From contig CAZSTG010000006.1 of NCBI GenBank assembly GCA_964609895.1, positions 423-62,813 on the forward strand: 62,391 nt of DNA. The letters run 5' to 3'. Below, in pieces: positions 9,722 through 19,064 of this stretch (the stretch's first letter is position 1; each line of letters opens with the position of its first letter). Both the position numbers and the translations under genes were made by a program. The notes under the pieces were generated by a model that did no database searches, was not told the origin of the DNA, and was given only the letters and a program-made list of their open reading frames with translations. This stretch comes from an uncultured Gammaproteobacteria bacterium (lineage in GTDB: Bacteria; Patescibacteriota; Microgenomatia; UBA10105; UBA927).

Positions 9722-9892
9722 ATGTCAGTAAAACTACTGCTCAAGCAGATGGGTTTGGGAGTTGGGGGAGATAAAGCAAAGGCGCGTGTATCTCCTATGG
9801 TTCGTGAGCGCCAATCATTTGAATCTGAGGTGCGGCGACAATTCGTCGAACTGAAGAAAAAGGGAATCAGTATTCCCGTATTTACGTTATAA
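9722..9892 (+). CDS. small basic hypothetical protein (56 aa), below the ORF-track cutoff
   Basis: Translation by eye gives MSVKLLLKQMGLGVGGDKAKARVSPMVRERQSFESEVRRQFVELKKKGISIPVFTL*. It is bracketed by a promoter-like motif and a strong intrinsic terminator. The overlapping minus-strand ORF 9580..9897 looks non-proteinaceous. Confidence 0.4.
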   Translation: MSVKLLLKQMGLGVGGDKAKARVSPMVRERQSFESEVRRQFVELKKKGISIPVFTL

Positions 9893-9921
9893 CACACAAG
9901 TACTAGCAGATTTGGGGGAAA

Positions 9922-9947
9922 AGACCACCGGTGAGGTGGTCTTTTTG
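9922..9947 (+). terminator. rho-independent terminator
   Basis: Perfect 8-bp stem AGACCACC / GGTGGTCT with a 5-nt loop, followed by TTTTT. Confidence 0.6.
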
Positions 9948-10506
9948 TTGCTGTGCCTCGCGTAGTTCTGAGTGTGTCGAAGGATGAAGAAGGGTTTATT
10001 CAGGAATAGTTCAGAAAAGAAGAGGAGAATAGTAGAGAAGTCATTTGAACTGCGGCTTGAAGAGCGATTGTTGGCGGACAATAAAGACTAAACTCGATGA
10101 CTTGTTAAGTCTTTATTGCATTAAAAAAGCATCACTACCGCTAGCAGATTTGGGTTTGGGTCGTCTTTCGACGATTGTTGCTACGAATAGTAATGCTTTT
10201 CTTTTGGATATTGCGATGAAGCAATATCTTATACCGCAGAATAACGAAAATGGATAAATGTTGTCAAATTTTTTTTTGAAGCTAAATTATTTTACGCGGA
10301 TTGTTGTGCTGCTAAAATTTCATGATGAATTTCATGTTACAAAAAAGTCGAGATACTCTGTATGGGAAATAGTTTGCCTGCCCAACAAACTATTCCCCGT
10401 ACAAAACACCTCGACAAATTTTTGTAAAAAAAAGATTGTATTATAAAAATCTTATAGTTTGCCGATTGTAACGCGGCAACGGGAAGTTGTCAATCAGGAA
10501 GATGCC

Positions 10507-11781
10507 CTATAACGATTCCTTCTGCATAATGATCTTCGCCGCGCGTTTGCCGAATTCCACTGCATAGTTCGTTCCGCGATCCCACGGATAGACGGAATCA
10601 AGATTTGCAAGGTAGATATGTCTGTATGGAGTAATAATTTGTGGTGCACGCTTTGAGTAACCCAAGGTGTGCACAGGCTGCGCGTTTGGAACAGTGAAAA
10701 GATAAGAATTGAGAATATGGAATTTGGAATTTAGATGTGGATTGATTTTTTTGAGATAAGGGAGAAACTTTTTTAACAGCTGTTCTTTTGTCATGTTCAG
10801 ATATGCGTGTCCCTCCGGAAGATAATTGCCAATGTAACACATGTGGTGCCCATCATAATGAGATGTATCAATCATATTTGTGTGATCAACAACCGCCAAA
10901 AAAGGAAACGATCGGTCGTTGATGTTGAGCCAATAGGTTTTTTCAAGCATGGGTTGTTTTGTTTCCAGAATCAGTGTCTGCGCCCAGAGGTGGGGAATGG
11001 CAAGGAGTTGTTGGGTATAGTGTTTGTCAAATCCGCCGATGGTTGCCGCAATAGGAGAGGGGACAGTAAAAAGAATTGCATCGAACGTGGAATGTTGAAT
11101 AAGGAATTTGGATTTCTGTTGTTGAATTTTATCTACAGAGGTTTTTGTTTTGATTACTCCGCCGTTTTTTTCTACGGCGAGTGCTAGCACTTCGACAAAA
11201 TGGGAAAATCCGCCGCGAAAATATCCAAGACGAGCGGTGCGTTTGTACAATCTCGCCCACAACCATGATGCAGCGATTTTGTCTGCATATGGACCGAATT
11301 TTGCGTCCAAGAGCGGCTCCCAGATACGCTGCCATACGGTTTTTCCGTTTAAGAAGAGAAACAGTTTTTTTGCGGTGATATGTTCCAGCGGTTGCCAGAA
11401 GGGATTGATTTTCATGAAGGCGGCGGCGACACCTGTGCGAATCCGGTCTACAAATGGAAGGTGGGGAAATGCTAAAATATTGGCCGGTGTATCAAACGGA
11501 TGTTGTGTGCCGTCCATGTACACCGATGTGGTCGGGGAGAGGATAAGCATGTCTTTTTTTATCCCGAGTTCTTTGGCAAGACTTATGATTGCTCGGTCAT
11601 TGGTAAAAAAATGATGATAGGTTTTTTCGAGTTTCCAGTTCCATGTGCCGCCCGAGAAGCCGTTTGCAAGTCCGCCGAGGAGTTCATCTTTTTCAAACAC
11701 AGTTGCCGTTATACCGCGTTTTGTGAGCTCATACGCGGCAGTTAATCCCGTGAGTCCGCCGCCGATAACCGCAACGTTCAT
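10507..11781 (-). CDS. FAD/NAD(P)-dependent oxidoreductase (amine oxidase / phytoene desaturase-like family)
   Basis: The N-terminus MNVAVIGGGLTGLTAAYEL..G...VFEKDELLGGL is a classic dinucleotide-binding fold. It is co-directional with three GT-C genes. Confidence 0.8.
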   Translation of the reverse strand: MNVAVIGGGLTGLTAAYELTKRGITATVFEKDELLGGLANGFSGGTWNWKLEKTYHHFFTNDRAIISLAKELGIKKDMLILSPTTSVYMDGTQHPFDTPANILAFPHLPFVDRIRTGVAAAFMKINPFWQPLEHITAKKLFLFLNGKTVWQRIWEPLLDAKFGPYADKIAASWLWARLYKRTARLGYFRGGFSHFVEVLALAVEKNGGVIKTKTSVDKIQQQKSKFLIQHSTFDAILFTVPSPIAATIGGFDKHYTQQLLAIPHLWAQTLILETKQPMLEKTYWLNINDRSFPFLAVVDHTNMIDTSHYDGHHMCYIGNYLPEGHAYLNMTKEQLLKKFLPYLKKINPHLNSKFHILNSYLFTVPNAQPVHTLGYSKRAPQIITPYRHIYLANLDSVYPWDRGTNYAVEFGKRAAKIIMQKESL

Positions 11782-11819
11782 ATGTTTTTGTATTGTACTG
11801 CATTGTCCTGTATTTGTAT

Positions 11820-13382
11820 TTATTTCAGACGATACACAGAGACAAGCGGGATACCCTGCATCTGGATGGTTTTAACTATGGGCATATGAGACCGGATATA
11901 TATTATTTCCGGATCTTGGAGAAATCCTTCGCGTTCAAGAAGTATCAGGTAACGGCATGCCGTTCTGTCCGTTCCGATATATATCTCGGGGGAAAGCAGT
12001 CCTTCTTGTACATAGACAGGAAACATATCCGTGACAGGATATGCGCAGTAGTCTTTCCGAGGGTTGGCATTGAGATAAGGCAGGAGACCGATCAATGAAC
12101 TTCCCCAGTATTCCCGTTCAAACCCATATTTTTCGGCACCCCGCAGTCCTCCAACAATACTGTTGTAATAGGCAAACGTGTTGGGATACATGGAACAGAG
12201 TGCGTATGCCGATGAAATAAGACAACAGATAGCCGCGCCGACCGTCCACCCTCGTCGCATTGTTCGTGTTTTGATGACAGACGCAATTTTTTGAATACCG
12301 ATACACACAGTCAGGACAATAAAAGGAAAAGACGGCAGAAAGAGACGGACACTGTCGTATTTGGGAGATTGCGGGAGAGCGACGACAGCCATTGGAAGAA
12401 CGGCGTTTACAAGAATAAACCGTTCAAGTGCTGTTCCGCGGATCAGTACCGCACCTGCACCAAGGCAAAAAAGAATCAGTATAGGCACCGGTGTAGTGAC
12501 AAAAAACATGACAAAAGGATAATGCCACGGTGCCTGCAAGTATGTCTGTCCGAGATAGTATATCGGGATAAAATGATGATCAAGCTGTTTGGTAATGAAT
12601 TCGGTCATATGCAGTATCGGATTGACCCAAAGATACGGCCATCCTGCAACAAACAACGTCGCTGTTTGCACAGTGAGAATCACCCCATCAGCCAGTGTTT
12701 GCAGTATCGGTTTAAGGTTGAAAGAAGACAATGTTTTCTGATGACTGGATGACAGATGTTCCCAGTACAACCAGATTCCAACGGGGATACAAAGGAATAC
12801 ACCGGAGAATTTGGTCAGTGTTGCCGCGGCAATGACCAGAGAAAGAAGCAGCAGTTTTATTCTATGGCGGATTTTTTTGGAGATGACGATGATGAAGGCA
12901 GAGAACCACCATACCGTCATCGCCATGTCGAGGGTAAAAAGATGGGTATGATAAAAAACATGAGGGAGTAAAAATACCATGAGAGTTGATAGAACAGCCA
13001 TTGTTATCCCAAACAGCCGATATGCAAAAAAAAGAAACGCTGCTATAAAGGGAATAACCAATAACACTGTCGAGAGGCGATAGCCGACAACAACAGATTG
13101 TGTTTTATGGAGCGTATGTGCAGCTATTGCATTGGTGAGCCCTCCAAGAATTTTATGGAGCGGCGGATGAATATCTTCCAACGACCAATAGTCCTGTATT
13201 GTGGAAAGCGAAGGATGCTGCATCCACGCAATATATTGACTTCCCCGACGCATATATGTGGGTTCGTCCCATACAACACCGATGTGTTGCATGGTCAGTA
13301 TGATGCACCATGGTATTGCAATAATAACAAGGAGCATGAGCCATATATGGAATGCCGGTTTTTTATTCATGATGAACGTCAT
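11820..13382 (-). CDS. polytopic GT-C glycosyltransferase (GT39/ArnT/PMT-like)
   Basis: Many hydrophobic helices. The first loop has VWDEPTY...DIHPPLHK, a DE-motif typical of ArnT/PMT-type enzymes. Confidence 0.75.
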   Translation of the reverse strand: MTFIMNKKPAFHIWLMLLVIIAIPWCIILTMQHIGVVWDEPTYMRRGSQYIAWMQHPSLSTIQDYWSLEDIHPPLHKILGGLTNAIAAHTLHKTQSVVVGYRLSTVLLVIPFIAAFLFFAYRLFGITMAVLSTLMVFLLPHVFYHTHLFTLDMAMTVWWFSAFIIVISKKIRHRIKLLLLSLVIAAATLTKFSGVFLCIPVGIWLYWEHLSSSHQKTLSSFNLKPILQTLADGVILTVQTATLFVAGWPYLWVNPILHMTEFITKQLDHHFIPIYYLGQTYLQAPWHYPFVMFFVTTPVPILILFCLGAGAVLIRGTALERFILVNAVLPMAVVALPQSPKYDSVRLFLPSFPFIVLTVCIGIQKIASVIKTRTMRRGWTVGAAICCLISSAYALCSMYPNTFAYYNSIVGGLRGAEKYGFEREYWGSSLIGLLPYLNANPRKDYCAYPVTDMFPVYVQEGLLSPEIYIGTDRTACRYLILLEREGFLQDPEIIYIRSHMPIVKTIQMQGIPLVSVYRLK

Positions 13383-14950
13383 GGTGCTGTTCCGATGTAA
13401 TATGCAGGCGTACCGTTCGGGTAGAGGATTGTCGTTTGGATCTGCAACCGGAGCGATGGTGTTTGAGCCAATGACTGCGGTGATATCGCAATGAGTTGAT
13501 TGCTAGTTGGAGTGATATCCGTTGTGCTTGCTATCCGGCACTTGTTTTGACATATGTTGGTCGGATCGTAAAATCGGATAAATATATCCGGAGCATTGAA
13601 TTCGCCTATAAAGAGATATTCATCGTATACACCCTGTTTTTCAATGAATGTTTTCATAACTTCACGCGGTCCGTATTGCCATCCCCAAAAGTTCTGTGAG
13701 TACAGCGGGTAGTGTGTGTGGTAGAGGTATAGATACCTGCCAAACAGCAATATATACCCGATCACGATACAGGTGCCGAACAGTTGTTGTAATGTTTTAC
13801 GTCTTATCTGAGTGAACAACCACAGCAGTCCGATGGATGTCATGATAGGAAAAGCAACGCTTCCGAGCACTGAACGGAACGCGAGCGGCCCACCTCCGTC
13901 AGTGGTTGTAATGCTGCTTCCTATCGGATACAGCATCAGGATAAGTAGAGGAAACAGCATTACAGGATATGTTTTGACAAGTATAACGGAAATATAGATG
14001 CCAAGAAGAACAAACACACAGTCGAGTATATACAACTGTCCCTGATTTCTGATGCCAAACCGTGTGATGAAATGACCGGGATAATCGACATCTCCTTTGG
14101 TAAACAGAAAGACAGGGGAGAAATGGCTGATGTATTGACGGGAAAACAGCTGTATTTGTGCTGAGCGCGACATTTGTTTTTCCAGTCCGACATTCTTCCA
14201 TCGTGTTTGCAATGTCTGATTCTGCCATGCATGGAGCACGGGAAGCAGTGCGATTATTCCTGTCAGCAGACCGATGACAATTGCATGTGTTGCATGTTTT
14301 GCAGAAAAGAAGGTGATGAGGAGGGCGCATAAAAAAAACAGGGGTCCGATGACAACACCCGGCAGATATGTATAGCAAATGCCGATACTTATAACCGACG
14401 CAACAACAAGCATATACCGATGCCGGATTCCTTCCAGAAAACAGCAGGATGCAAGGAGAACAAAGAAAGGAAGATAGATGTATTCCGAACCAAAACGGGA
14501 AAAATGAATATGCCAAGGGGAAATGGCAAGCAGCGCAGCACCGATTATGCCACCTGCAGAAGCGTATTTTTTCCATCCGCTGTTTTCAAACAGTTTTTTC
14601 AAAAAGAAAAAAAGTATACATATGGTAAGTGTTCCGATCATTGCTGTTGTCAGACGTACGGACCATTCGGAGAGTCCGAACGCTGCGACAAACGGTATTG
14701 CGGTATAGAAGGGGATTGGCGGGCGATAATCTCCAAATGACTGAAAAAATACCGGAACCGGCGTTCCGTGCTCGTCTTTTCCGGTGGTAAGGAGTGTATA
14801 TGCGTTATATCCGATACTAGCCTCATCACAAAAAAAACCCGCAGGGTTGGTTTCTATGCGGTAGATGCGGACAAAAAACCCGAGACATATGATGAGTCCG
14901 AGCAGCAATGGAATGTATGGACGCTTCATTGTTGACATAAAGGTATCCAA
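13379..14950 (-). CDS. polytopic GT-C glycosyltransferase (GT39/ArnT/PMT-like)
   Basis: FFCDEASIGYNAYTLLTTGKDEHG..FFQSFGDYRPP follows the first helix, and there are multiple TM helices. The stop overlaps the downstream start (ATGA). Confidence 0.75.
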   Translation of the reverse strand: MDTFMSTMKRPYIPLLLGLIICLGFFVRIYRIETNPAGFFCDEASIGYNAYTLLTTGKDEHGTPVPVFFQSFGDYRPPIPFYTAIPFVAAFGLSEWSVRLTTAMIGTLTICILFFFLKKLFENSGWKKYASAGGIIGAALLAISPWHIHFSRFGSEYIYLPFFVLLASCCFLEGIRHRYMLVVASVISIGICYTYLPGVVIGPLFFLCALLITFFSAKHATHAIVIGLLTGIIALLPVLHAWQNQTLQTRWKNVGLEKQMSRSAQIQLFSRQYISHFSPVFLFTKGDVDYPGHFITRFGIRNQGQLYILDCVFVLLGIYISVILVKTYPVMLFPLLILMLYPIGSSITTTDGGGPLAFRSVLGSVAFPIMTSIGLLWLFTQIRRKTLQQLFGTCIVIGYILLFGRYLYLYHTHYPLYSQNFWGWQYGPREVMKTFIEKQGVYDEYLFIGEFNAPDIFIRFYDPTNICQNKCRIASTTDITPTSNQLIAISPQSLAQTPSLRLQIQTTILYPNGTPAYYIGTAP

Positions 14951-16560
14951 ATACTGTATGTGCCGTCCGTATATACTTGTTGTGCATGCTGTTGTAAAAG
15001 ATCCATGGAAAAGAGTATATCCGTTCGTTCTGGCGGTTCTTGGTAGGTGATATAGGAAATGCGGTTTTTTTGTATCAGCGAACAGAATAAATCTGCATTC
15101 TGTGTTTCATAGAGGGTTTGTACATCCATCTCCCTGTTGTGGGTATTGTACCCCGCCGACCATGAAAAATATGGCCATCCCTGAAAGATTTTCCGTCCTG
15201 CGATGCTTGCAGGGTGAAATAAGTAACTGGAATTTAGGAATACTGCGTCGGGGGGTGTATTATCCCGAATCCATGTTGCAGTTTCATTTCGCGGTATGTC
15301 TTCTAAACGGCCGTGCGTGTCATTTACGATCGGGAAAAAATCAATAACGCCGGAAAAAATCAGAAAAAAACCGCATGTAAGTGCACATATGCGGGATAAG
15401 AATCTAAGCAGCGGATTTTTCCATGTATAGGTATAGATGCGTACAACCGCATATGCTGAAAGTATATTGCCGATGATGAGATAAAAGTTGAAGAATTTAT
15501 GATTCGCCGCCATTTCAATGGCAAATTGAAAAAGATTAGGAATAAGAAAAAGAAACAAGAGGGGGATTGTGATTTTTTTGATTCTTGGCGGTGCGAGCAG
15601 CCACCCCAAAGGAATCAAGAAAAAATGCAGACCGATATTTTGTATCCAATACCACAGTATGGTGTATGCGGTAATCGGTGCAGTCATCAGATATCCGGCT
15701 GCAAAATGAACGGTTTTTGTTCCGGAAAGAAGAGAAAACAGTTGAGGAATGATACATAGCATGCCAAAAGCGCCGATGAGGAATAAAGCTGTTCGGAGTT
15801 TTGGAAACAGCGCAAAATAACAAAGCATAAATAATGCAAGTATTATAAGGATCGGCTGATGAAAGTATGGAAGTATCGCAAGAATTGCAATTGCCGGAAT
15901 GAGAAGAAGTTTTTGTTTTTTCCATGGAAGCTTTTCCATAGAAAGAAGGATGCCGATAAAAAGAAGTGCCAGACTAAAGGCCGCGCCCAAGTGCCGCTGG
16001 TTGGTGTAAATATTTAAGTTCCAGAAAGCGCTGATATCTCCATCCCCCCACGGTGCAAAGGAAGGAAACGCCATGTTTGTTGTGATATCGTGCAGTGTAT
16101 GTACGGAAGGCGGATGAGTGACAAAGAACCGCATCCATGACAATGAACCGTTCAAAAGAAAAAATAAAACAGACAGTATGGTAATCTGTTTGTCTTGAAA
16201 CAGTTTATGTGCAAGTACGGCTATGCCAATCATGAGTCCTGCAAATCCTATGATACTTGGAATATTGAGCGCAAAATCAATGCGAACCCCCGCTTTTTCA
16301 AGACACCCTACAAGAAAATAGAAAAGAAAATGATATCGGATCGGCTCTCCTGGGAATAATGGATATTCCGGCGGCCAGTTGTTCCCTAGTGAAAAGGATC
16401 GGATGAGCGGAATGTGCGCCGCAAAATCGCTCCACGCTTTTGTGGCGATTTGCATGGACGTGTTTTCCGTATCGTATGAAAATGTATGGAACATCAACCA
16501 AGAAGAAAAAAACAATGAGCCGCCGATCAGAAGCGACCAAAATACAGTTTCTTTTTTCAT
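14926..16560 (-). CDS. polytopic membrane protein, probable GT-C-type glycosyltransferase
   Basis: 544 aa and highly hydrophobic. The loop after TM1 reads WSDFAAHIPLIRSFSLGNNWPPEYPLFPGEPIRYHF. There is a 25-nt overlap with the downstream gene. The function is inferred from context. Confidence 0.55.
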   Translation of the reverse strand: MKKETVFWSLLIGGSLFFSSWLMFHTFSYDTENTSMQIATKAWSDFAAHIPLIRSFSLGNNWPPEYPLFPGEPIRYHFLFYFLVGCLEKAGVRIDFALNIPSIIGFAGLMIGIAVLAHKLFQDKQITILSVLFFLLNGSLSWMRFFVTHPPSVHTLHDITTNMAFPSFAPWGDGDISAFWNLNIYTNQRHLGAAFSLALLFIGILLSMEKLPWKKQKLLLIPAIAILAILPYFHQPILIILALFMLCYFALFPKLRTALFLIGAFGMLCIIPQLFSLLSGTKTVHFAAGYLMTAPITAYTILWYWIQNIGLHFFLIPLGWLLAPPRIKKITIPLLFLFLIPNLFQFAIEMAANHKFFNFYLIIGNILSAYAVVRIYTYTWKNPLLRFLSRICALTCGFFLIFSGVIDFFPIVNDTHGRLEDIPRNETATWIRDNTPPDAVFLNSSYLFHPASIAGRKIFQGWPYFSWSAGYNTHNREMDVQTLYETQNADLFCSLIQKNRISYITYQEPPERTDILFSMDLLQQHAQQVYTDGTYSIWIPLCQQ

Positions 16561-16582
16561 AGAGTAATTGTATCATTGTGTC

Positions 16583-18838
16583 ATGCCTGTTTCCGACATC
16601 TTTATTGTTCTCCAGTGGTGGAGTGCATTGTTTCTCGTCGGCGCCGTCGCATACCCTCTTACAAAACGATTGTTTCCTTTTTGGTTTGACAGCGGATACG
16701 TATTTGCTAAAGCGGTGGGGTTTGCGGTCGTTTCGTATCTTGTGTATCTTACTGGCTCCCTCCATTTTTTGCCTTTTTCGGTTGTGACAATCTACAGCAT
16801 GATGGGTGTGTGTTTTGCGGGCGGATTTATAACAATCCTTGTTACCAAACGCCGGACTGCCGGATCGGGTAGACAACGGACGATACGGAAACCGGCATCA
16901 CTGTTTTCTTGGTGGAATGATGCGTTTTGGGACAAGGGGCTGTTGTTTTTTGTTGAAGAATGCGTTTTCTTTGCATTACTGCTATTTTGGACATGGATAA
17001 AAGCGCATGAGCCGTCGATCAATGGACTGGAAAAGTTTATGGATTACGGATTCATGCAGTCTGTTTTGAACACCCGGTATTTTCCAGCCGGCGACATGTG
17101 GTGGGCAGGGGGATCAATCAATTATTATTACTTCGGTCATCTGGTGACGGCAGTTCTTACAAAATTATCAGGGCTTTCACTCGGATATACATTTAACTTG
17201 ATGCTTGCAACGTTGTTTGCGCTTACGGCAACCATGAGTTTTTCGATCGGTTTTCAGTTGCTCACACTGGGGCAAAAAGGACGGATACGACGAATGCCAC
17301 AGATAGCAGGAGGCATATTCACTGCATTTTTGGTGACACTCGCGGGAAACATGCAGACCTTGTATGCCTTTACCAAAGGGTACACAGGGGAAGATGTCCA
17401 GCCATTCTGGAAATTGCTGTGGCCGGTGGGTGAGTTTTTCAAACAGGCGGCAAACGGTTTGGAGACATACTGGTATGCCAATGCAACACGGTTTATCCCG
17501 TTCTCTATTCACGAGTTTCCCAGTTATTCATTTGTCGTGTCTGATGTGCATGGGCATGTGCTGTCTCTGCCGTTTGTTTTGCTTGCCATTGCACTGCTTA
17601 TCGCATTGTTTAGCCCTGAAACAGAGCAGAAAGAAAAAACGTCCCCTGTTTTTCAGTGGGGGAGGTTGGTGTTTTATGGGTTTTTACTGGGCGTTCTGCT
17701 TATGACGAACGCACTGGATGGACCGATTTACGGCGGTTTGTTCGCCTGTCTCTGGTATGTGTGTGTGATACTTCCGGCACGACGAAAGTGGAAAACGGAT
17801 TGGTGGGAGCTGATCTATCCTGTATGTCTTGTTGCTATTCTGTCTTTGGTTACCGCATTGCCGTTTCTGTTCTTTTTCAGCTCTTTTGCGTCTGGAATCG
17901 GTGTGAATTGTCCTCCTGCATTTTTGGCAAATACCCGTATCGGGCCATTTCTTTTTGAAAGCGTGGACAAGTGTCAGACTTCACCACTATGGATGTTGTG
18001 GCTTCTCTGGGGTTTTTTCTGGTTTTCCGGCGCTTGGCTATTCGTCCGGAGAATGTGGAAAAAAGAAGAACAGAATGCTCCGTTTACACGAATACTAAAA
18101 GTGTTCTTTTTGTGCTCGCTTGGGTTGATTATTTTTCCTGAGGTATTGTATGTAAAAGATATTTATCCTGCACATTTCCGGAGCAATACCATGTTCAAAC
18201 TTGGGTATCAGGCGTTCATTCTATGGTCGGTGACCGCAGGATTTGTGATAACGCATATTCTGACGCAACGTGTACGGCAGCAAAAATTCCTTCGTACCAT
18301 CTGTATTATCTTATTGGTGCCGCAGGTATTTTTGATTTCCATTTATCCGATATTTTCCGTTCGGTCTTACTTTAACAGTCTTCGGACATATCAGGGGATA
18401 TGGGGATTAGGGTGGATGGAGGAGCGGTATCCAGAATATTGGCAGGCTGTACAATGGTTGCAACAGCAGCGGGAGACAGAACAACAGCATGAACTTCCTG
18501 TACTTGTCGAGGCGGCGGGAGACAGCTATACAGATTTCAATCAGGTGTCTGCATTTACAGGTTTACCCAGCATCACCGGTTGGGCTGTACACGAATGGCT
18601 GTGGCGCGGTTCGTTTGATATTGTGAGTCCGCGGCAGGAGGATGTGCAGCGGATTTATGAATCTGCCGACAGTGCGGAAACGGCGTCACTTCTTGCATAT
18701 TATCACGTGCGGTATATTATTGTCGGTCCTCAGGAGCGGGAACAATATCAAGACATACAGGAGGAGACGCTGGACACCGTTGGATCGCGCGTGTTTACCG
18801 AGGGAGATGTTACTATCTGGGACGTCATGAAGCGATAA
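16583..18838 (+). CDS. DUF2298 / 'Chlor_Arch_YYY' domain membrane protein
   Basis: MDYGFMQSVLNTRYFPAGDMWWAGGSINYYYFGH carries the family-defining YYY motif. The protein is polytopic with a soluble C-terminal domain. The track ORF starts at TTG 16568; the ATG at 16583 is preferred. Confidence 0.8.
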   Translation: MPVSDIFIVLQWWSALFLVGAVAYPLTKRLFPFWFDSGYVFAKAVGFAVVSYLVYLTGSLHFLPFSVVTIYSMMGVCFAGGFITILVTKRRTAGSGRQRTIRKPASLFSWWNDAFWDKGLLFFVEECVFFALLLFWTWIKAHEPSINGLEKFMDYGFMQSVLNTRYFPAGDMWWAGGSINYYYFGHLVTAVLTKLSGLSLGYTFNLMLATLFALTATMSFSIGFQLLTLGQKGRIRRMPQIAGGIFTAFLVTLAGNMQTLYAFTKGYTGEDVQPFWKLLWPVGEFFKQAANGLETYWYANATRFIPFSIHEFPSYSFVVSDVHGHVLSLPFVLLAIALLIALFSPETEQKEKTSPVFQWGRLVFYGFLLGVLLMTNALDGPIYGGLFACLWYVCVILPARRKWKTDWWELIYPVCLVAILSLVTALPFLFFFSSFASGIGVNCPPAFLANTRIGPFLFESVDKCQTSPLWMLWLLWGFFWFSGAWLFVRRMWKKEEQNAPFTRILKVFFLCSLGLIIFPEVLYVKDIYPAHFRSNTMFKLGYQAFILWSVTAGFVITHILTQRVRQQKFLRTICIILLVPQVFLISIYPIFSVRSYFNSLRTYQGIWGLGWMEERYPEYWQAVQWLQQQRETEQQHELPVLVEAAGDSYTDFNQVSAFTGLPSITGWAVHEWLWRGSFDIVSPRQEDVQRIYESADSAETASLLAYYHVRYIIVGPQEREQYQDIQEETLDTVGSRVFTEGDVTIWDVMKR

Positions 18839-18852
18839 AAGCAGATTCTCTC

Positions 18853-18882
18853 TTGACAGTGGGTAGCAGTATATGATTTAAT
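18853..18882 (+). promoter_or_regulatory. putative promoter upstream of rho
   Basis: TTGACA (18853-18858), an 18-nt spacer, then TTTAAT (18877-18882). The ~180-nt leader contains hairpins acccgt..acgggt and cgccc-gtt-gggcg. Confidence 0.3.
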
Positions 18883-19064
18883 ACAGGCAGTTGATGAAGA
18901 CCCGTAATCTTCACGGGTTATGTATATTGTAGAGAAATTTCCAGAACAATAACCAAAACGGTTTCCATTATGTATTAATTTTTTTCGCCCGTTGGGCGTA
19001 CGCAGAGAAGTAAAACACCGATATCATCGTTTTCACCTTTTCTACTCGCTCATACTCATTATTT

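Noticed and set aside
9580-10446. Track ORFs 9580..9897 (-), 9887..10081 (-), 10045..10257 (+) and 10258..10446 (+).
   Set aside because: Their translations are compositionally odd (Cys/Phe/Ser/Ile-rich with no motifs). They overlap hairpins and terminators and each other. The short + strand ORF 9722..9892, with its promoter and terminator context, explains the region better.
11129-16876. Numerous 60-225-aa ORFs nested in or antisense to the oxidoreductase and GT-C genes (for example 11150..11614, 12291..12752, 13899..14576, 16298..16876).
   Set aside because: Each is fully contained in a much longer ORF with clear membrane-protein or flavoprotein character. Their own translations are Arg/Cys-rich shadows.
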